Of a stretch of 64,000 bases of DNA, positions 13,052 to 25,021 are shown in pieces. The first letter of the stretch is position 1; each line of letters opens with the position of its first letter. Under the pieces are notes generated by a model. The model was not told where the DNA came from and made no database searches. It worked only from the letters and a program-made list of their open reading frames with translations. Made by a program: the position numbers and the translations under genes. This DNA is from Cirrosporium novae-zelandiae (taxonomy: Eukaryota): positions 124,001 through 188,000 of the forward strand of contig JAPETS010000026.1 in the NCBI GenBank assembly GCA_026023565.1, in the 5' to 3' direction.

Positions 13052-13493
13052 TGTGTTTTACTTGATGGGATTCTTGGGCTTGGAGTTGGGAGAGGATAAT
13101 ATTTTCTAATTTCGATCTTGGTATTGTGGATCACGTGATCTGCACGTCGGTCCCGCAGAACGAAGGCCGGGTCTAAGAACATCGAAACTCTAGAGCTACT
13201 TCCACCGTACAAGTGCACTTGGCAATCAACATAAAATACCAACCAAGATTTAGAGAGCTTTTCTTACTAAAAGAAATATATTTCTACTTTCTAAATAGAC
13301 AGCCAGTTAATTTTCTAGATGAAAAGGGACTTCAATTAACCAACGACTAATTAGTTAGTTTGCTAAGATTGCGAGCAAGCATAAACACCTAACACAAGGA
13401 CTTCCTGGCCCTCTTACCGTGGTGTTCTCTCTCCCGGTTGTTGTGATACTAGATGTCTAGTATCTAGATCTTCTTCGTTGATTACCTTATGCC

Positions 13494-14726
13494 ATGAATC
13501 GCCAAATTGAAGAATGCCTTCGCAGTCTTCTTCCCGCTCAAAGCTCGAATATCCCACCTGAGCTACTTGACCTAGCTCAATCTCTCCTTGCGCAATCTAG
13601 ATCAAGAGTTAGTACTTTAAAGTCCGACGAAGAGATCGCGAGACCGCATGTATGCGCTCATCTAGCCTGTGAGAGGTCCGTAGTCCCCGGGCCGCTGATC
13701 CCCATTCAAGCTATGAAACTCATCGCGTCTCTAGACTCAAGCGATCTTTGAACTTATCCAAAATCGTTTCGAAACCTCCATGCAAGCCACGAATATACAA
13801 TCAGCTTTACAAGTATTTGGACAGTACGCTAGCTGTAAAACCTAGATCAGCAAGATTAAGTGCTCCATCCACGCCAGTGAAGCAAACTCCGAAGAGGGGA
13901 CCATTGCAAGCTGCCTCGAAGACTTTCACCCCTAGTGGCAGGAAAAAAGCGGACAGAAAGCACACAGAGGCTCCAGATTGGGTCATGCCTATGGTCCGTC
14001 GGGTGTGCGGGAAACATGGGGAGGCTTTTCCACACATATGGGTTGGTATTTCTGAGATATTGGGAAACACGGATTATCAAGACCTTGAGAACAAAGAATC
14101 GAGAAATTCTAAGATTCGCGCGTTAATGGTAGCTCTCTATGTGGTTGTGGAAAGACGACTATCTGGAAAAGATAAAGACCAAGCAGAGAACAGAAACTAC
14201 GAGAAACTCAAGTATAGGCTACTGAAGGCCATGGACGGAGAGGATTCAGCAGAGACAAAGGCTCAGCTCGACGACCTTTACCAATGCGAGAGTGAGTTCG
14301 TTGACGATTGGATGAAGCAGTTAGTTGCAATGGACTTGAACCAAATGGAGTGGTTTGGAAATGTTCCTCAAGGCATCCACAGCACTGACGATATTGCCAA
14401 AGATGGTTCGGGTGAAAATAGATATGACCAGGAAGCTACGATTCCATCTCGTAAAAAAGCGAAATTTGGACAGGCAAATTTGGCTGAAGGCATCTTGTTA
14501 CCAGGCCTAGGAACCATGGTATGTACTATCTGAGGGCCCAACGGGAGGCAGTATATTGACTCGATTCTTCTAGATGCAGGATCGCGTTGACTATCTTAGT
14601 GATGATCGCCGAGCGGATTATCTTGAATGGAAATCCGAAGTGGTGGCACGAATAGACGAAATTGAGAAGACAGCGATGACAGCACCAGCGAAGAAACGGA
14701 CAAAAAGAGTATCTACCAGATCCTAA
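13494..14726 (+). CDS. ORC6: Origin recognition complex subunit 6 (3 exons)
   Basis: LAQSLLAQSR...LKSDEEIARPHVCAHLACER...PPCKPRIY; last exon MQDRVDYLSDDRRADYLEWK (Orc6 C-terminal D-Y-x-x-W-K motif). Confidence 0.85.
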
Positions 14727-15553
14727 AATGAAACTATCTAAGATTCTTGTCTCGGCATTGTTCACACTCTTGCAAGAGCACGGATAGGGAGAAGAGTGAT
14801 CGTTGCGAAAAAGAGATGTGATTAGCTGAATTTAGAAACGATGAAGTAAACGATGCCTCTTTGGGACAACATCGGCGCTTCTGGCTACATAGAAGCTGGC
14901 AGGCTAGCAACATCGAGGTTCTAAGTCAAATCCAAATTTGGAGAAACCTTCGATGACAGCATCTCCAGAATGGAGTTTCTCTTCCTGCATCTATTCACCA
15001 AATAGTCAAGAGAGATGACTTAATCCGGACCATGATGTTTTTCTGGCTGTCATTACTACTGTTTAAAGCCTAGGCCTAAGGAGAAGCTTCTCGTATACCC
15101 AACGGTTTTGTTTGAAGGCCTCCCCAAGGTCGCTTTTCTAGATTTAGTCGCTTTCATTTTTAGGCGACTACACCATTAAACATGCGAACCACCCTCGGCC
15201 CCACTAAATAAACCAGATCACCAAGGATTCACAGTTCCTGAACACTGTTAATCTAGCAACAGACCACTAAGCAAACAACTTAGCATTGTCGCATCGAGCT
15301 CGCAATTACAAGGGGAGTTGTCTTGGGACCTTGATCAGGAACTATGTCAGTACCTGGTTGTCAACAAATTGTTTAAAATGTTAAATTACTATCAACCCTG
15401 TGATATAAATAGTTACTCTCTAATAGTATGAATTCTACAGAGAGATACTAAACATTCTCAAGCAATGTAATCTATTTTAAATTCCCCTTTTATCTTTGGG
15501 AATACTTTCTGACACTATAATCTAACCATCTATTTTTTTGGGGATACAAAGCT

Positions 15554-16805
15554 CTAGTACCATATACTCCGGGTTCTATGATGTGGTATACACTCTTCGC
15601 CGGCTTCTTCTCGCTCCTTCATGCTATCATAAAGAAAGAAATCTATCAAAATCGCATTGACCTTCGCTTCAGGATGCCGGCGAGCAATAGTCCTTCTAAT
15701 GAGTTCGACACACCAAATTGTGCAGCCTCTAACTTGCACCTCTCGCGAACTTCCACTATCAATCATCTTCAAGGATCGGATGTGAGATTCCAAAGGTGGA
15801 CTAAAGAGCAAACAACCGAGACTATGAAGGATCTGCGGTATTCGGTAATCTGCATATTGATAAGCTGACATGTAAACGAAACATTCGGAAAGTTGCATAC
15901 CTGCAAACACCGTAATCTTGTCGATATCATCAAATTCACCATAACTTTGACCTTCGAAACATGCCCACATGTCAGCAACGAGAATTTGAGCTCGTTTGTA
16001 TAGCCGGACAGCTTTCCCCTCAAATCTTGTTTCATCATTAAAGCAGGGGAATGATTGGGCCACTAGGTTGACAAGTGCAGCTGCCGAGCCGTTTGCTTCT
16101 TCAATGCAAGTCAAGAAGCTGCCATCAAATTCCTATATGCGCTTAGCCTGAGAAGACTGCGAGTTACATTCTTACTGACCTCGCAAAGTATCTTACCGGC
16201 CTCTCGTAGATTGTGCAACCTTTCCTGAAACAAGGGTATTTCCTCCTCCGTGACAGATCGGAAGACAGTTTTTAAGACTTCCTCAGTGCATTTGTCTTCA
16301 TCTATCCAGAATTCAGGGCTGGTGATTGGAATTTCTGAGGTACAGTGAGATTTTATTACCTTGAACACATTGTGTCAAATGGTGACATACCTTCTTCCAA
16401 AGCTCGCTGCAAGGCCGCAACCAAACTCCAATATCCAGTCCAACGTTTGCCGCGGTATTCGATTGCGAATCTATCTTCAAGGCTCTTTTCTGACCAGAAA
16501 GAGAAATTCAGTAGATCCATTGTAAAAATGAAATCTACAGTACTCTCGTCCTTGGTTTTAGGATGCAATTCATGGGTAGACCATGTCTTTGCCGAGTATT
16601 CTTTGCTTTGCATTAACTGCCATATACCTTCTGCGGCAGCTTGAGTTTTTTGCGCATCTAAAGCAACATCTATCGAATTCTCGTAGACCCATTCTGCTCC
16701 TTCAAGAACCCTCGTTTCAGGAATAGAGGGAGGAACTGCCACTCCCAGACCCAGTTTCTCTCGTAAAAGTTCCAGCAGTTCTGGGTCTGCCTCATCATCG
16801 GACAT
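15554..16805 (-). CDS. Queuosine salvage protein (DUF2419 / C9orf64 family), spliced
   Basis: FTMDLLNFSFW, GYWSLVAAL, FPCFND, YKRAQILVADMW, FADYRIPQIL, C-terminal PHHRTRSIWY. Confidence 0.9.
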
Positions 16806-17429
16806 TTCGAAAGTTGTTATGCACTGGTGACTGGGTTGAAATTCCCTCTAAAAAGGATTTCAACAGTCCAGAATAGATATCCTTTAACCCGTAAATAGTG
16901 ACCAAGCGCCAAAGGTGGTTGTCAAAACAGAAAATCTCAAAAATGAATTTTAGTAAAAATATCCCTCTGACCCACCCTAAATAGCTGGCACAAAAAAGTT
17001 AATATATCATTTCTTCATATCCTTATAAATAACCTCTCCTATTTTATCCGAAGCGAGTGATGGGTGCTATATCCAAGGCGTTCCACAGGTCCAAGGAGTG
17101 AAGACCCTGGCGGTTGAAGTTGTACGGAATTCAAGTTTGAAGGCAAGTGCTGCTGTAGGGCTGTTAGTGTCATACACCCTTTGTAAGACAATACAAGCGA
17201 GAAACAACCTTTCAATACATGGATCCGATCCCCAACTTCATTTGCGCAAACTACCAGCTCTACCCATCATTACTCTAAGCTTCCTATCTTCATCTTTTCT
17301 TGAGCTCACCTTTAATTTTTCTCATCGTCCTATCCTACTGTCATTCTTTCAACTTTTGACAAATTCCATAGCTTCATGACATCCTCAACCGTCGCCTTAC
17401 ATTGAATACGAGCTACATCATCACTCATC

Positions 17430-19602
17430 ATGGGGCGCGATAAGTTCCCCAAACAATCGCTAGGGGTTTTGCATCATCGTATCAAAGAGGTTCGTCTTTG
17501 CGCTGGATTGCGCCCTTTCAGAAGCTTGCTAACCATTTACTTGGTAGTCACGGGTGCTTATGGTCGGTGCTGGGGGTATAGGCTGTGAACTCCTGAAGAA
17601 CCTCGTGCTCACTGGGTTTGGTGAGGTTCATATCGTTGATCTCGACACTATTGATCTGAGCAACCTCAATCGGCAATTTCTCTTCAAATATGAGCACATA
17701 AAAAAATCAAAAGCCTTGGTATTTGAGCTACTACCGGTGAATCAATCCACAAACGGCTGACCCTTAATCGCTACAGGTCGCAAAAGAAACAGCTGGGAAA
17801 TTTAACCCTAATGTCAAGCTTGAAGCGCATCATGCAAATATCAAAGACACTCGCTTCAATGTTGATTGGTTCGGAACTTTCAATCTCGTATTCAATGCAC
17901 TGGACAATTTGGAAGCTCGTCGACATGTGAATAAGATGTGCTTGGCAGCTAATATTCCTTTGATCGAGAGTGGAACCACTGGATTCAACGGGCAGGTTCA
18001 GGTTATTCAGAGAGGAAAGACTGAATGCTATGACTGTCGAGAAAAACCTATTCCAAAAAGTTTCCCGGTCTGCACAATTCGAAGTACACCGAGTCAACCA
18101 ATACATTGCATAGTTTGGGGGAAGAGTTATCTCTTTACTGAAATATTCGGAACGAGCGAAGCGGATGCCCCTGATCTAGATCATACCGAAAACTCAGAAA
18201 ATACACAGGAGATTGAGAATCTTAAAGCAGAAGCTGCTGCGTTGAACAAAATCAGGGCTGCGATGGGCCAAGACGATTTTGCTTCCAAGGTATTCAATAA
18301 AATCTACAAAGAAGATATAGACCGTTTGCGAGGTATGGAGGATATGTGGAAATCCCGCAAACCTCCAGAACCTCTAGACTATGACGAAGTTTCCAAGAAA
18401 GCATCCGAAACATCACCAGAAGTGTCGCATACCGATCAGAGAGCATGGAGCTTGGAAGAGAATTTTGTCGTCTTTTCTGATAGGTAAGGACTATTCTATA
18501 ATAACTGCTTATAGCATCTCTAATGCTCGTCAGCCTCCGCCGCTTAAGCACCCGACTCCAAGAGGCGCAAGCAGAAGTTAAGGAGGGGGATGCTCCAGCG
18601 ATCCTTGCTTTCGACAAGGATGATGATGACACATTAGATTTCGTTGCGGCTGCAGCAAATCTGCGTTCTATAATATTTGGCATCGAGACTAGATCGAAAT
18701 TTGATATCAAACGTAAGTCGGACATTGAATTCTGAGGCAAAACACTTCCTTTAATGATCTTTACAGAAATGGCCGGTAATATCATCCCTGCTATTGCAAC
18801 AACAAATGCAATGACTGCAGGGCTATGTGTATTGCAAGCATTCAAGGTTATGAAAGACGAGTTCCATAAAGCCAAGATGGTAAGACTACTTATGGCGAAA
18901 TAAGCTTGAGACAAGACTAACCAGATCAGGTGTTTCTTGAAAGAAGCACGGCTAGAGTTATTAATACAGATACACTTACAGCGCCGAACCCAGACTGTGC
19001 TATCTGTGGAACAGCCCAGTCTCGGCTTGTCATTGATTCTGATCGTGCAACGCTAAACAACCTAGTAGAAGATATTCTACGACTTCAGCTTGGATATGGA
19101 GAAGAGCTGACCATTAATAATGAAATCGGGACTATTTATGATCCGGACCTTGATGATAATCTACCAAAGAAGCTCGGCGAACTTGGGATCAAGGATGATA
19201 CTTTCCTTACGGTGATTGATGATAGCGACAAAAATCCACGAGTTAACCTCCAGCTCTCAATAACTAACAAGTAGACTATTTCCCATTTTTGAAACCATGA
19301 TCTTTTACTGACCATGCCACAGACAATTACCAGATGATTCCAATCCCATCATTCTTCCTACAAAGGTTGATATTGCTCGGAGGCCATCAGTTGCTACACC
19401 AAATAACGAAGTTGATGGTATTGTAAATGGCGCAACCAATGGCACCACAAACGGTGTAAACCACAAGCGTACAGCAGAGCAAGCTGGGTTAGACCATGAG
19501 CAAACACCTACCAAAAAGGGGAAGATGACATCCAAACCTTCTAATGATGATCTAGTCATTGTTGATGATGATCATGGCAATGGCGCGATCGTTATTGATT
19601 GA
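17430..19602 (+). CDS. UBA2: SUMO-activating enzyme E1 subunit 2, spliced
   Basis: [34 protein letters not shown], catalytic [34 protein letters not shown]. Confidence 0.95.
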
Positions 19603-19866
19603 GAGTATCCTTCTGTGCATCCAGGGTGCATAATACACATGCAATGAGAACCTCAAGCACATTACTGCATCATCAGGTTTGATGATGTCTTAGAATTTTT
19701 GTGTCAGCACAAGCTCTATCTCTCCTTTTATATATCCTTTCCGGCGTTTCCCGGAAAAGGCATGCTCAATACAAGGGTGTCATTCAAGTTCCTCAAATAT
19801 GAGGGGGCATCAAAACGGAGGAAAGGTTCGGTCATTATCCTTTGGGCCTTTTATTTTCCATTTGTT

Positions 19867-20943
19867 TCACGTGGCGCTGAGCCCGCCATCAAGGTTCAAC
19901 ACACAATTATTCGCATATTCATTGGTCGCAAGGAATAAAGCGGCATCGGCGACTTCTCTCGGGAAACCAAATCGACCTAGGGGAATGGTATTTATGACCT
20001 CAGAACGGGCGGCGGGGCTCATGCCTTGAAATGTATATTAGCTACTAGCAAAAATCTCACAATATGTGGGTACTGGACCATAAATAGGCCGCAAATGAGA
20101 ATGATCAGATACAGTGGTATCAAACCTACCTTCGGTCATGGACGTTTCAATGTAGCCTGGTACAATGGCATTAACACGGATATTAGCTTTACCCAATTCG
20201 AGGGCAAGCGACCTTGTAAGGCCCAAGACGCCTGCTTTACTAGCAGCATAGACACTATCTCCTCTCCCACCCTTCAGTGCTAGGAGACTGGAGACATTAA
20301 TAATACATGCTGTATTTCCAGGCCGTCTTCGTTGCTTCATCATCATACGTGAGATGGTCTGACAGCCCCAAATTGTAGAGGTTAGGTTCAAACGGAGCAG
20401 ATGGTCAATGGCTTCGGGAACCTGGCGGACGAGAAGGGAGGGGCGTGACATACCGGCAGCATTGACGAGGATATCGGGAGTGGGCTGAATAGCAACACCC
20501 AAGAAGTAGTTAGTTAGTACATCCAAAGCGATTTTATCGACTGACTACACACACGGCTGGCTAAAAGTACTGGGGGTTACTGAAACACGCAGGTACATCA
20601 TTATCAAACCACAAAACCAACATCTCAGGCAAATCTTTAACATTAAACATTGAAACAAACATACCACCTCCCGACTCAACTCCCTCCACGTCTCAATATT
20701 CTCCAAATCCCCCGCTTTATACAAAAACCCCTCTTCCCTGTTCCCCTCCTCCCTATCCGGAAACCGCATCCTCAAATCCCCAACCACATTCCTTAGCGCC
20801 TCTTCATCGCGAGAAACGAGTATGAGTCTCCGAGCGGAGGCGGCGGCGAATCGGTGGGCGATCGATAGGCCAATGCCGCGGGAGGCGCCAGTTATAAGGA
20901 TTGTTTTTTTAAGGAGGAGAGATGAGGTGGGTGTGGGTGGCAT
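19867..20943 (-). CDS. Short-chain dehydrogenase, 3-oxoacyl-ACP reductase-like (OAR1/CBR4-like), spliced
   Basis: TGASRGIG, LVNAAG, INVSS, YAASKAG, VNAIVPGYIET; last exon IPLGRFG...NLDGGLSAT*. Confidence 0.85.
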
Positions 20944-21681
20944 TGGCTTTTTTTTTTTAGGAAGGTGAGTTGTGGAATTGAAGGTTCGTAGGGCTGAGAG
21001 AGCTTTGGAGTTTGGTTGGTGGTTCAGGCGTCATCGGACCTTATTGGTCCGACTGTTCGTGTAAAAGAAAAGTATTAAAGTACTTTTGGTAATTAGGTAG
21101 GTACTCGAGTTGGAAATGAAAGAACCTAGAAAAGTGACCTTTAGGAAAGGAAAGCCTTCAAATTGATTTATCATTGAAAACCGTTTTTTTTTTAAAAAAA
21201 AGGCCTACCCAGGATCACCTTTTCTAGGTTCCTTTTTTTGAGTCTGGTCGTTTTCATATCTACCTGTTAAACGTATAATTAGTACTATCAATTTTTGTTT
21301 ATGAGAAGTCTGCATGCGGAGCTTATAGTCTATAGTGCGGTCTTTTTTTTTAAGTAATTTCTCAAAGCTATAAGAATAGAATGAGGATCTCTCGTACAAA
21401 GGGATTACTGTTACAGCTTTTTTTTTCATTCCTAGATATTCTAGGAGTATAATGATCCCGTCGATTACCCATTCTATATACCTAAGTAGTAAATTCCAAC
21501 CCAAAGCCCTACTTTTGAATACCAAAGAAGCAATCAAATTCTCATTTTTTATCATACCAAGCATACGGCATTTACCACAACACCTATCAGCAATTATTTC
21601 CATATATAGTGTCGACTCGACATAGATTGATTCCTTCACATAGCCCAGCTAATCCAATTGCTTCCCTTATCTAACCCGAAA

Positions 21682-22422
21682 TTAGTCAAGGTCGCTGTCC
21701 ACACAAATCTCTTCATTGAGGATAGGCCGTTTCCGAATTGCTATTGTCTTCCAGTATTCCTCAGTTATATACTTATCCGGTGCGTCGCCTTGGATAGATC
21801 TGCACCTTCTTCCACAGGCACTTGGGTTTCCCTGGTGAACGAATATGTTCTGTGGGCAAATGTAGACCTGTTTGGTTATCCGCATAGGGCGATAATCAAC
21901 TTCGACATCTGCTCCCTTGATCTCGCTGATCCTACTTGCACCATCCAATTCATCAATTTCATGCATGACTTTTATAGCTTCAAGATATCTTTTATCACTA
22001 AGCCATTTTTCTAGACGGGTAATTCGAAAGTATCTCGCTTCCTTTAAAAGAGCAAGATATTGGGCATAATCATGCCCCTTCACTTTATCGTAAAAAATGG
22101 GAAGCACGCCGCGTCGAAGATAACGTAGTATGTGCACGAAGACGTCTGGATCCGCATCAATAAAGTATGATCCATCAACTTGCTGGCTGTTCGAAGGGCT
22201 GGATAAAAGTTCGAAAAAAAAAGTGCTTTGAGACGTCATCGTATTATGTGTGGTAATAAAGCGACGTTCGCCTACTTGAAGAGTAATCGGGAGGCGGTCA
22301 CAAGATGGAGAGAATATATCTTCTCGGGGTGATTCATCGAGGCCCACGATGTCCTGCACTTCAGTGGCGTCTCTAGGTAGGGATGGAAACAGAAATTCCG
22401 AAGAATCTGGGCTATCTGCCAT
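21682..22422 (-). CDS. BTB/POZ (KCTD T1-type) domain protein
   Basis: ITLQVGERRFITT...YFIDADPDVFVHILRYLR...LLKEARYF; start taken at ATG MADSPD. Confidence 0.8.
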   Translation of the reverse strand: MADSPDSSEFLFPSLPRDATEVQDIVGLDESPREDIFSPSCDRLPITLQVGERRFITTHNTMTSQSTFFFELLSSPSNSQQVDGSYFIDADPDVFVHILRYLRRGVLPIFYDKVKGHDYAQYLALLKEARYFRITRLEKWLSDKRYLEAIKVMHEIDELDGASRISEIKGADVEVDYRPMRITKQVYICPQNIFVHQGNPSACGRRCRSIQGDAPDKYITEEYWKTIAIRKRPILNEEICVDSDLD

Positions 22423-23115
22423 TCCTCGTAGATTGCAATAATATGAATGAACAGTATAAGAACTAATTGAAAGTAGAGTAGTGTAATGAGTGAAGGGTCT
22501 TGTAAACGCGTTGAGTACAAGGTAGTATGTTAAAGGTAAGGAGGCTAATTGCAGAATAATACAGTAGAGCACCGGAGCTTTATACTATGCCTACACCAAG
22601 CTAGGTACTAATCACTAATATTAAGGCATTCATTTAGCTTTGATATTCCTGTAATCATGGCAGATTAACAGGTAGTCATGCCTGTTCTTTGGGATTCCAT
22701 GGGCCAACCACTGATAGAGTACTGTGTACGAGATGCTATTGACTGCAATTTTAAAACCTACTTGGTTCGAGGCTTCCAAACTCCAGTGATGAACACCGAT
22801 GGCTGAAGTTTAGATACAAGTCCTTTGGACCATGAACGACTGCAAATACCTACCGAGGTACCTGTTTAGCCAGGTAGCCAGGTACGTATTAGACAGCGAG
22901 GGGGTAATTTGGTACGCTGGCCCCAAAATAATCAGGACTCACAAACTCGGATCTTCATGTGTTGGGGATTAAAAGTGTGATGTAAAAAATATATAGACTT
23001 GTAGAAGAAGAGGTTATATAGATTTGTAGAAAAAGAAATACTAGCTATATATTCCGCCAAAACGTTATGTGCTCAAAACTAATTCTAATATAGTAACTAT
23101 AATTAACAGGAAAGG

Positions 23116-23266
23116 CGTTACGAAACGACAAGTCACATGACCTACTGTATATGCTCAGTAGATTCCTGAGTCTTGCACCTTAGACTTAGACCACAAGTCA
23201 TACAATCCACACCAGTTATTCACCTAAATAAGAGCCTCACTGAACATTATCCTAGACGTCGTAACA
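23116..23266. mobile_element. Solo LTR (family A) with 5-bp TSD AAAGG
   Basis: AAAGG-[CGTTACGA...TCGTAACA]-AAAGG; terminal inverted bases; similar to 32252-32395. Confidence 0.8.
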
Positions 23267-23464
23267 AAAGGTAACAACATAGTAGTTCTATAATAATTTT
23301 GCCCAAAAAAGAGTTTTTGGAGACTGAAGGGATCTATCATGGTACGTACGTTACGGATACACTAGCACGTGACTAGACATCGGTTAACTCTTCTATTCCC
23401 CGTAGTCACAAAGTCTTCCTCGTCACTCACCTCTATTTTCAATTTGTTACACAACATCGGTATA

Positions 23465-24102
23465 ATGGCCACCACCAGTCCTAAGGGAAATGATACTGAT
23501 ACTTCCGAATATGTTACACTCATCTCGGCTGATGGCTTCGAGTTTGTGGTGCGTAGAAGTGCTGCCTGTATTAGTGGGGCTTTGAGGAGGATGTTGGATC
23601 CTCAAAGTGAGTCTTTCTCCTTCATCAAGTATTCTTGAAGTTTTATTTGGGTTGTGGTTTTGGAGACGAAGGAGCTAAATTGAAGATTTGTTCTTTTCGC
23701 AGCTAATCAATAATATATATAGGTGGCTTCAGAGAATCTACTACAGGTGTCTGCACTCTAGAAAATATCTCGTATGTATTCCTCTTCTTACTCTACTTCT
23801 TCTACCTTAGATACCCTCCCCCTCCCCACCTGCTACTCACCTCCTACTTCAATTCCTTCCACCTCAATCCAGCTAACCCCATCCCCTCACAGTGGCGTGG
23901 TCCTGGAAAAAGTATGTGAATATTTCTACTACAACGAAAAGTACAAGAACCAACAATCTGTTCCCGATATGAATATCCCGCCCGAGTTATGCTTGGAGTT
24001 GCTTTTAGCAGCTGATTACTTAGATAGTGAGTCTCAAAAACCGCCAAAGAAGAGTAATTTTACTACGAGAGAACTATTTTTTGCTGATTTGGAGAAGCTT
24101 GA
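23465..24102 (+). CDS. ELC1: Elongin C (4 exons)
   Basis: YVTLISADGFEFVVRRSAACISG, VLEKVCEYFYY, IPPELCLELLLAADYLD(T*). Confidence 0.92.
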
Positions 24103-25021
24103 GAGAGAACAAAAAATTCGCTGGGGAGGATAGATGAACGGTGATAATGAAGAGGATCGATAAACGATGCCATATGATACGATCCGACACGATAATAAGT
24201 CTGGCGTTAATTGGTAAGAACAAGACCATGGAGGTTTACGACGTTATGAATACGTGAAATGATGAAATATGCCTTGGTTTGATTTGGCATCACATTTCAT
24301 TTCACCTAATCCAACTTCCCCTCAATGGTGAAGTTAGCTCATCCTACAAGGAGGGTCTGTATACTACAAATACTACGAACCATAATAGCCTTTTCAACAT
24401 ACGCGCATATCTATACCTAAAAACCACCAATTCTCCCCACCTAGACCATTTCTAGATTCCTACCAACCAAGGAAGGATGAGGTGTCTAGATATTCCTAAA
24501 TCCTGTAAGAGTCTAACTCAGATGCCATTACCATTTTCGCTCTTCCTTTCCACCCCAAATCTCAAAAAAAAAGCCCCAATCCCAAAGACAACACCATCAC
24601 AGCATATGCGTTCCCCCCTATCTCCTCCATAGGCCGAACGTCTACAATATTTTGATGGAAGATTGAAAGATTTTTTATTTTATCCACTTAATTTAAAGTA
24701 CCTTTTTGTTTTTTTACGTCCGTAAAGGCGGCTTTATACGGAGTGGATACATATAACCCCAATCTATTTTTATTTCAGCCTTGCTCAGTTGTTTGAGATG
24801 CTGGGAGCTAATATTGTATTTTTTTAGAAAATAACTATAAGGATACCACACAAACATTTCCAGCCATAAAACATAATATATTCAACATAAGATAGCTAGG
24901 GTGGTGTAATGGAATACAACTAATCTATATTTAATTTATACAAGAAAAAGAGAAATCCAACTACTCTTCCTTCTAGTTCGAACTCTAAAATCTCCACAAA
25001 CCCCCACATAGCCGTCTAACC

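Noticed and set aside
21205..21639. 144-aa AT-rich ORF
   Set aside because: Non-ATG start, homopolymer-rich, no motifs; likely decayed repeat DNA.
21682..24102. BTB protein next to Elongin C as a ubiquitin-ligase cluster
   Set aside because: They serve different adaptor roles and nothing in the sequence supports linkage beyond adjacency.
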